Made by a program: the position numbers and the translations under genes. This document shows, piece by piece, positions 49,403-55,362 of a stretch of 64,000 nucleotides of DNA. Every line of letters starts with the position of its first letter. Position 1 is the first letter of the stretch. Below the pieces are notes generated by a model. The model made no database searches, was not told the DNA's origin, and worked only from the letters and a program-made list of their open reading frames with translations. The DNA is taken from the IMG/VR virus record IMGVR_UViG_3300034073_002131, positions 34,029 to 98,028 of that record; one strand, written 5' to 3'. This DNA is from a virus.

Positions 49403-49495
49403 TGGGCGCCGATTTTATCATATAAAATCGGGTGGTGTCAAGCGCAGAATTGTAACAATTTGTAACTGTTGCTTTTTTGTGTCAGGGTTTCCCCT
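49403..49495. repeat. Hairpin promoter plus TGTAAC box plus AGGGTTTCCCCT
   Basis: Same modules as 46801-46987. Confidence 0.8.
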
Positions 49496-49546
49496 AATTG
49501 ACACCGGCCCGGCGCGTATGCTATACTAGAAGGTTCGGGGTTTTCT

Positions 49547-49567
49547 AAATGCGAATGATTCTCATTT
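49547..49567. promoter_or_regulatory. Fur box-like site
   Basis: AAATGCGAATGATTCTCATTT; core AATGAGAATCATT vs Fur AATGATAATCATT. Confidence 0.7.
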
Positions 49568-49574
49568 GCACCAA

Positions 49575-49589
49575 GCAAGATTCGTGCCA
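49575..49589 (-). promoter_or_regulatory. sigma54 -24/-12 site
   Basis: TGGCACGAATCTTGC. Confidence 0.75.
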
Positions 49590-49595
49590 GCCATA

Positions 49596-49615
49596 GTTAG
49601 TGAGCGCTTACTAAC
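49596..49615. promoter_or_regulatory. SlmA-binding-site-like palindrome, copy 3
   Basis: GTTAGTGAGCGCTTACTAAC. Confidence 0.65.
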
Positions 49616-49620
49616 CTCCA

Positions 49621-49707
49621 GGGGGGGGGTTGCGCCAGTGCAAAACCTTGTCAAGTGCAAAATCTTGCGCGTGCGCCAGTGCAAAACCTTCAAGTGCAAA
49701 ATCTTGG
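49621..49707. repeat. G9 tract plus near-perfect ~36-bp direct repeat x2
   Basis: TGCGCCAGTGCAAAACCTT(GT)CAAGTGCAAAATCTTG twice. Confidence 0.85.
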
Positions 49708-49845
49708 GGTTGCCTGTGAGTGCTAAACCTTGTATAATATTTATATTGAGTCAGTGATCAAGGCGTCCAAACCCTAAAAAATCCTGACTTGATTCCCAAG
49801 CCTAATCCCTGTATAATATTTATATTGATTGATTGGAGAACCCAA

Positions 49846-50154
49846 ATGACTGACAAAGTAATGAACTATACCCCTGAACAGGTTCAGGAACTGGTCCAGA
49901 AGTATCAGCAAGGCGTTAGCGTTGAGCAACTGGCCGAGCAAGTAGGTAAATCCGTGCGTTCGGTGGTTGCTAAGCTGAGCCGCGAGGGTGTGTATGTGGC
50001 TAAGACTCGGAACACACAGGCGGCCCGAGTCACCAAAGCTGAGCTGGTAGAGCGCATCGCCCGAGTATGCGATCGTAATAGTGAACAGTTTGAAAGCCTA
50101 GAAAAAGCAAATCAGGATGTTTTGACCCGCCTGGTCGAAGTGCTCAAAGCCTGA
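49846..50154 (+). CDS. T5 A2-like protein, copy 3
   Basis: NYTPEQ...GKSVRSVVAKLSREGVY; GGAG SD; two tandem promoters upstream. Confidence 0.75.
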   Translation: MTDKVMNYTPEQVQELVQKYQQGVSVEQLAEQVGKSVRSVVAKLSREGVYVAKTRNTQAARVTKAELVERIARVCDRNSEQFESLEKANQDVLTRLVEVLKA

Positions 50155-50179
50155 TCCCCCGGGGCTGCAAAAATTTACT

Positions 50180-50208
50180 CTTGCGGCCTCCACCTAAACA
50201 GTGTATAA
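50180..50208 (+). promoter_or_regulatory. sigma70 promoter of ncRNA locus
   Basis: TTGCGG-17-TATAAT. Confidence 0.75.
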
Positions 50209-50602
50209 TATTATTTATAGTTTGGGAAGGGCGATATAGATCGCACAAACAGAGTCCACTTAGCCAACTACAAGTGTACATACCTAAGTATTGGACTCAA
50301 GTTTGATTCCCAAACTATCTACTATACTTTATTACTAGGGCGACAGCGGTCACAGCGATATACTACTGCTATGTGATACGTCTTAATTGTGGAGAACTAC
50401 ATGACCGAGCCACAGCCCCACTCTCAGAAAGGCAGCAGTTAGTTACTGCTAGCAGATGGTAATATTGGTCTGTAGTTTTATAATGTCTGGCTCTGCTGGC
50501 GCTTGAGGCTAGTATGGGGTATCAGTAAATACTCCAGAACACAATATAGCGAGCAACCAGACCCTAAACTAGAGCAATCCCAACCATCGTTGCTGCTTTT
50601 CC

Positions 50603-50695
50603 CCTATTCCTCTGATGAGCTCACCGAGAGCGAAACCCAAACCCGAAAACTGGTGCCCCATGCCCAGCAGACTACGGTTTAGGGTCAGGAATTGG
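50603..50695 (+). ncRNA. Hammerhead ribozyme (type I topology), predicted cleavage after C50686
   Basis: Stem I AUUCCU/AGGAAU; CUGAUGA; stem II GCUC/GAGC; GAAA; stem III CCC-AAACC/GGUUU-A-GGG; GUC triplet. Confidence 0.88.
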
Positions 50696-50765
50696 TCCTT
50701 TCACTTCCCGGTCTGCCAGGACGCTAAACTGTGCAGGGACGGCACAACCCTAAAAGTGCCTAGTC

Positions 50766-50797
50766 AAGCCCACCAGTGCAAACTGGTGGGCTTTTTT
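50766..50797 (+). terminator. Intrinsic terminator
   Basis: AAGCCCACCAGT-GCAA-ACTGGTGGGCTTTTTT. Confidence 0.9.
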
Positions 50798-50817
50798 ATT
50801 TGAGGTTAGGCGCCCCT

Positions 50818-50847
50818 ATTATACAGTGCTAAAGCAATATGTGTCAA
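50818..50847 (-). promoter_or_regulatory. Leftward sigma70 promoter facing ncRNA 3' end
   Basis: TTGACA-18-TATAAT then GGGGCGCC. Confidence 0.6.
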
Positions 50848-50972
50848 GACGAAATTTGTAGGTGTTATGACCCTAAACTGTGTTAGTCTTTAATATGGGC
50901 TAGCCCGTATTAAAGTTTTCTTTAATTGACCCTAAGCCGTATGAAGTCTCCACAGGCCACACCCACCAAAAC

Positions 50973-51009
50973 AAAACCCCCAAGACCTATGCGGTTTTGG
51001 GGGTTTTTT
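50973..51009. terminator. Terminator for leftward early operon
   Basis: AAAACCCCCAAGACC...GGTTTTGGGGGTTTT. Confidence 0.7.
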
Positions 51010-51022
51010 AACTTGCAACGAC

Positions 51023-51334
51023 TTAGGGTCGGTTATTCTTGGATAATTCGCGTTCGATGACCTCTAAGACACCTTTATTGACCTTTTCTAGACTTTCAAG
51101 CAGTTCAAGGTTCATGTTGAGCAGCAAGGCAATCCGTTCGATATATTCCGACTTTTTAACCGGGACCTCACCACGCTTGTTTAGGTACTGTTTTTTCTGG
51201 TACACCTCGAGCGAGCTGAGCTTGGCAATTATGCTCCTGGTTGGGACCTGGAGCTCTTGAGCCAGCTCCTCCACGGGGACCCCAGCCCTATATTGTTGTA
51301 CTAGACGGTCAGTGATTTCTTTAGTATATTTCAT
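51023..51334 (-). CDS. T5 A2-like protein, copy 4 (divergent)
   Basis: MKYTKE...Y..G..VE.LA....TRSIIAKLSSLEVYQKK...ESLEK.NK. Confidence 0.7.
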   Translation of the reverse strand: MKYTKEITDRLVQQYRAGVPVEELAQELQVPTRSIIAKLSSLEVYQKKQYLNKRGEVPVKKSEYIERIALLLNMNLELLESLEKVNKGVLEVIERELSKNNRP

Positions 51335-51338
51335 GTTG

Positions 51339-52121
51339 TTAGTCGTCCCAGGGCATATCTGCAACTTTAACGTGTTTTGGACCCTCAACCAGAGCACTTG
51401 CAAAAATCTCATCTGGTACTAAGGGTTGGGGCATCCTGTCCCAGGTCCACGGGTCTAGGATTAGGTAGGGTGTTCGAAGCTGTGGATGGCAAACCCAAAT
51501 TTGCGTCAACATGGTAAGTACAAGTTTAGGCACACTACGCCAAGGCTCCGCTAGCCCAGTAAGTTGCCAAGTTGTAAGTGCACTTTTATACCTACCCTGT
51601 TTTTGGCCAGTTTTGTATAACAACCCTTGCTGCCTGAGCTCAACTAACTCCTGGGACCCTAAATCGCACAGGTGTGGGTTCTGGCGAGCCCACAGTAGGC
51701 ACTCATATAAATCTTTGGAGATCACACGGTCTAGACCGATTAGCGGCCAGCTCTGGTATGGAACTCCCCGATCTCGTTTTTGTGCTAGCATGATAGTAGG
51801 AGCTAGTGAGCTCCAATTTACCGAACCAGGATCACTTTGACGCCGGACTAGGTGGCTGCGATTTACTCGATTTACTAGCCTCCACAAGCCCAAGTCCCAA
51901 TCGCTGCAAATATTGATACGGAGGGTTTTAGGAATGTCTACCACACCATTAGGATCTAAGATAAGATTCCAGCGGGTATAGTGTGCCACGATTTGAGGCC
52001 ACAGCCAATCTTCTTTTAGCTGTAGCTGTTGTTCCGCAACCCAAACCTCCAACACCTTAGGGTCAGTTGTATTAGCGATTTCATGTAGTGGGATTGCTTC
52101 CAGCTTATTTAGTTTTTGCAT
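51339..52121 (-). CDS. Conserved phage hypothetical protein
   Basis: Long ORF; start at MQKLNK chosen because the upstream part is a hairpin leader. Confidence 0.65.
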   Translation of the reverse strand: MQKLNKLEAIPLHEIANTTDPKVLEVWVAEQQLQLKEDWLWPQIVAHYTRWNLILDPNGVVDIPKTLRINICSDWDLGLWRLVNRVNRSHLVRRQSDPGSVNWSSLAPTIMLAQKRDRGVPYQSWPLIGLDRVISKDLYECLLWARQNPHLCDLGSQELVELRQQGLLYKTGQKQGRYKSALTTWQLTGLAEPWRSVPKLVLTMLTQIWVCHPQLRTPYLILDPWTWDRMPQPLVPDEIFASALVEGPKHVKVADMPWDD

Positions 52122-52359
52122 CGAGTTTTTGTGTAAAAATTGGGGGTATAAAAATATATAATAATTCTTTAAAAAATAAACAATTCGCCAACCTATTAAG
52201 TTGGTAGTGATTAACACCTCTAGTTTTAAAAACAACTGCACTAGGCTTACTGGTCCTCTGGGTCCCTCGCGAAACGTCGCCAGGTCCTGCATAGCTTTGT
52301 GCAGTTGTTTTAAACTAGGGTTTAATCACCAATTGTTTAATCTCTTTAGATATAACAAT

Positions 52360-52388
52360 ATTATATCATACTTTTTTGTGTTTTGCAA
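52360..52388 (-). promoter_or_regulatory. sigma70 promoter
   Basis: TTGCAA-17-TATAAT, extended -10. Confidence 0.75.
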
Positions 52389-52599
52389 GCCAAAATTTAG
52401 TTGAGCCCTGAGTTATTAGTCGTGTTGGACCCGGACATAGCAATCTGTGTACATTGGGGTACTGGTAAATACGTAGATTTCTTTGTGTGGAAATAGTTGG
52501 TGGAAGTATAGCCTAACCTGTTCTGAGTTGATGGGTTGGTGATTGAGGTTCTTGACCCACCAGGTGTTGTGGTTGAGTACTTCTATAAATTGTGGAGGG

Positions 52600-52782
52600 T
52601 TATTCATGGCGGTCTTTTTGAAAGTCAAACCACTCATCCAATTCACTCCAGATGGCTTGGTAGATTTGAGTGTAGACGTGGTCTGGTGTGGGGTTATCGG
52701 TATGTTTATGTGCACGTTGCCAGCCTAGTTGAATGCCGGTTTCAATGCATACATCTAGGAGCGGTAGAATTTTAGGTTTCAT
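52600..52782 (-). CDS. Hypothetical protein
   Basis: Coupled small ORF in leftward operon; RAHKHTDNP motif. Confidence 0.6.
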   Translation of the reverse strand: MKPKILPLLDVCIETGIQLGWQRAHKHTDNPTPDHVYTQIYQAIWSELDEWFDFQKDRHE

Positions 52783-52969
52783 TTACATTCCAGGTTTGTG
52801 GGTAAACAATTTGGTAGAGTTGGTCATAGGCTTTACCGATCTGACCACTCTCCAGCAATTCGAGGATCTTTTCTAGTTCGTGTTGTTGAACTGTGTATAG
52901 TGCTTGGGTGATTTCGGTTCGCCATAGGTTGGTGCTGAAATCAGGTTTTTTATAGGTATCATCCCACAC
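52772..52969 (-). CDS. Hypothetical protein
   Basis: Overlapping start/stop coupling. Confidence 0.5.
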   Translation of the reverse strand: MWDDTYKKPDFSTNLWRTEITQALYTVQQHELEKILELLESGQIGKAYDQLYQIVYPQTWNVNET

Positions 52970-53300
52970 AATATCTCTCCATAATGGTTCTAATACAATC
53001 GCTAATGGTGTTAATTTCCACAGTACTATGTGGTTCCGTGTTATAGTAGACCGGCATCTGCTCTAGTTGTTGCACACAGTCTTTGGCTACTAGTTGTACT
53101 AGCTGGATTATACAATCCCGCTGGTAGGGGTCTAGTTCATCCCAGCCACCTTGGGCTATAAGCCCGCTGTTATAGAGCAGCTCTTCAAAGGGATGGTGTG
53201 GAAAGTCTATAGGATTTGTGGTGTTTGTCTGGTGCATCATTTGTCTCGTCATCAGGTATTCGTTCGCCGTCAGGCCCAATAATATCAAATCGGCCACCAC
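52959..53300 (-). CDS. Hypothetical protein, distant FGVE-family member (start likely internal)
   Basis: LVQLVAKDC...IMERYCVG resembles FAELIVREC...FGVE. Confidence 0.5.
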   Translation of the reverse strand: MVADLILLGLTANEYLMTRQMMHQTNTTNPIDFPHHPFEELLYNSGLIAQGGWDELDPYQRDCIIQLVQLVAKDCVQQLEQMPVYYNTEPHSTVEINTISDCIRTIMERYCVG

Positions 53301-53406
53301 ATTGCTTACACCACCACCATGACCAGCCTAGGCCGTTGTAGTGAAATAATTTTTGGCCTGTGTGGTTGTTGGGCGGACAGGGAGTTCTGTCTAGGTTTAG
53401 GTTCAT
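53185..53406 (-). CDS. Small Zn-ribbon-like protein
   Basis: C...H...CKQC. Confidence 0.5.
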   Translation of the reverse strand: MNLNLDRTPCPPNNHTGQKLFHYNGLGWSWWWCKQCGGRFDIIGPDGERIPDDETNDAPDKHHKSYRLSTPSL

Positions 53407-53412
53407 AGTTCG

Positions 53413-53739
53413 TCAAAACATTTTTGTATGGTCAGTAATGCTATAACCGTGGAGGTTTAGTTTGCTTCGTGTGGGAATATTACCTCGCACATACTCATAC
53501 TTAACAAACTTTCCCAAGCCTTGATCAATTTCTTTTACAGTCTTTCCATGCCAAGGCTTGCCAAGGGTGTATTTGACTTTTACCCACTTTGCATTGTTTT
53601 CGGGAGTGCCTGTGTACTCACTTTTAAAACTGTAGTAATCACTGTGACCACCACTCATAGAAACAATATTTAGTGGACGACACCAGTCTTCTGGGTGAAT
53701 GTGATCACTATCTTCAAGAACTTGAATGGAGATCATCAT
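53413..53739 (-). CDS. Hypothetical protein
   Basis: Coupled ORF. Confidence 0.6.
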   Translation of the reverse strand: MMISIQVLEDSDHIHPEDWCRPLNIVSMSGGHSDYYSFKSEYTGTPENNAKWVKVKYTLGKPWHGKTVKEIDQGLGKFVKYEYVRGNIPTRSKLNLHGYSITDHTKMF

Positions 53740-54077
53740 TCAACTCCGAAATGTTGTTTAATTTCTTGATAGATTTCAAGACGAATACGCTGTTCTTTTG
53801 ACATACCATATTCTTCCCATCGGATAAGCCTAGCACATTCCCGGACAATCAACTCGGCGAACTTTTGTAAATTGACAGTTTCTTGTACCGTAAGTGTTGA
53901 TGGCACATACATCCTATACCTATCAAACTTTAACCCAGCCTGTTCAGCAAGTTCTCGAATTCGTTCGTTCATCTTGATAAATCTTCCTACATTCTTACCG
54001 CTTTTGACAATTGTTAGTTCTTGACCAATGGTAATACCACCATGTTTGTCAAGGGTTTTAAATTGTTCGTTCATCAT
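53736..54077 (-). CDS. FGVE-family small protein
   Basis: MNERIRELAEQA...KFAELIVREC...KQHFGVE. Confidence 0.7.
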   Translation of the reverse strand: MMNEQFKTLDKHGGITIGQELTIVKSGKNVGRFIKMNERIRELAEQAGLKFDRYRMYVPSTLTVQETVNLQKFAELIVRECARLIRWEEYGMSKEQRIRLEIYQEIKQHFGVE

Positions 54078-54385
54078 TCAACTCCAAAATGTTTCTTTAC
54101 GTCCTTCACAGCCAAATCGGCAGGCCGGGTTCTAAGTTCCACAAAGATATCGCAACATTCCCTAACAATCAACTGGGCGAACTTTTCAGGATTCAGCACA
54201 TAGACGTAATTGCTATACATCTCACCAGGCTTGGCACCAGCACCACCGTATTGAAACTTTTCCTCTAGCGATTGTTCGTAAAGTTCTAGAATTCGTGGGT
54301 TCATCTTTGTCTCTGACTGTTTTGTTTTGGGCATCGGTGGTATTTGCTTTGGTATCGGTAAACCAAACTCATCAAACTTTGTCAT
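54074..54385 (-). CDS. FGVE-family small protein
   Basis: MNPRILEL...KFAQLIVREC...KKHFGVE. Confidence 0.7.
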   Translation of the reverse strand: MTKFDEFGLPIPKQIPPMPKTKQSETKMNPRILELYEQSLEEKFQYGGAGAKPGEMYSNYVYVLNPEKFAQLIVRECCDIFVELRTRPADLAVKDVKKHFGVE

Positions 54386-54592
54386 TCATTCAACTCCAAA
54401 ACGTCCTTTGAAATACTTTTGATAATCAATATCCGTATCTCCCTTTGCATATTCTGCATATGCTGCACATTCCAGAATAATCAACTCGGCGAACTTTTCT
54501 GGATTCAGTTCCATATAAGAACCACCTAAACCTTCAACACCTGTTGACTCCATTGCCTGATTCATTAGTTCTTGAATTCGTAGGTTCATCAT
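54386..54592 (-). CDS. FGVE-family small protein
   Basis: MNLRIQEL...KFAELIILEC...RFGVE. Confidence 0.7.
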   Translation of the reverse strand: MMNLRIQELMNQAMESTGVEGLGGSYMELNPEKFAELIILECAAYAEYAKGDTDIDYQKYFKGRFGVE

Positions 54593-54879
54593 TATGTCTC
54601 AAAAAAGTCTACCACATCATTCGTCTGTACGTCAATAATTCTAGTCATAACAATATGGTCTTTTAGTTTAGACTTAGCGAATAGGCGTGCTTCATTCAAG
54701 TCCTCAAAATACATTTCATTACCAGCAATATCTGTACAACCATAACCAGTACCTTGTGCATCTTGCAATTCAATGTAATATTCGTTCATTTGGGGTTTTA
54801 TCTTGATGGGACCACAAAGGTGTGCATAGTCCCATGCAGGATCAAATTGACCACACTTGTAACATTGAATAAGCTGCAT
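54592..54879 (-). CDS. Hypothetical protein
   Basis: N-terminal CxxC...HxC module plus acidic domain. Confidence 0.55.
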   Translation of the reverse strand: MQLIQCYKCGQFDPAWDYAHLCGPIKIKPQMNEYYIELQDAQGTGYGCTDIAGNEMYFEDLNEARLFAKSKLKDHIVMTRIIDVQTNDVVDFFET

Positions 54880-55100
54880 TATTCAACTCCAAACCGCTGT
54901 TTAACAGCTAATATAACTTCTGGTGGCAACTCAAACCGTTCCGCCTCAATTGCATCTAAAGTTTTTAAAACGATTAGTTCACTAAATTTTTCAATAAAGT
55001 CTACTTGCGTTTGCCATGAGTTTGGTTGAGTCCGGCGATAGGCTATAGACCACGCTGCTTGATCCCATAGATCACTTACTAGTTTATTCACAGTTCCCAC
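54879..55100 (-). CDS. FGVE-family small protein
   Basis: KFSELIV...KQRFGVE. Confidence 0.65.
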   Translation of the reverse strand: MGTVNKLVSDLWDQAAWSIAYRRTQPNSWQTQVDFIEKFSELIVLKTLDAIEAERFELPPEVILAVKQRFGVE

Positions 55101-55360
55101 CAGTTGTAAAAGTTAACGGTTTGTTTCACACTATTAGCCCAGCGATCAAATTGAGGAATAGGACAGCTTTCATCCACAAAGAACTCAGTACCAGGCCCCC
55201 AGTATCGGAAGCGATAAAGCCTGTTGCCCTTACGAGCCACACTGCCCAGCTTAAAAAAGTCACGGGTGATTTGGTAACCACGACGCCGCAACATGGTTTT
55301 AAATTGGCTAGGACTCATGCCCCACAACTGATCGCGATCGGGCTTGCTGTACTGGATCAT
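55088..55360 (-). CDS. Hypothetical protein
   Basis: ORF with GGAG SD. Confidence 0.6.
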   Translation of the reverse strand: MIQYSKPDRDQLWGMSPSQFKTMLRRRGYQITRDFFKLGSVARKGNRLYRFRYWGPGTEFFVDESCPIPQFDRWANSVKQTVNFYNWWEL

Positions 55361-55362
55361 GT

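Larger units (their letters stand above)
50215..50797 (+). ncRNA. Large structured non-coding RNA (~580 nt)
   Basis: Promoter, terminator, no credible ORF, many long-range helices. Confidence 0.65.

Noticed and set aside
44990-49441. CRISPR array from recurring GGCGCC...GTGTCAAG repeats
   Set aside because: Copies are mostly hundreds of bp apart, separated by genes and variable in sequence; no cas genes
49717-49726. CIRCE/HrcA operator (GAGTGCTAA)
   Set aside because: Only one half-site; no TTAGCACTC partner 9 bp upstream
49320-49757. ORFs 49320-49529 and 49566-49757
   Set aside because: Run through a terminator, binding-site motifs and repeats; no SD
50717-50762. c-di-GMP-I riboswitch (GGACGCTAAAC resemblance)
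   Set aside because: P1 with GNRA loop and the conserved junction are not found; no downstream gene
50615-50803. 62-aa ORF
   Set aside because: No SD; overlaps the hammerhead core and terminator
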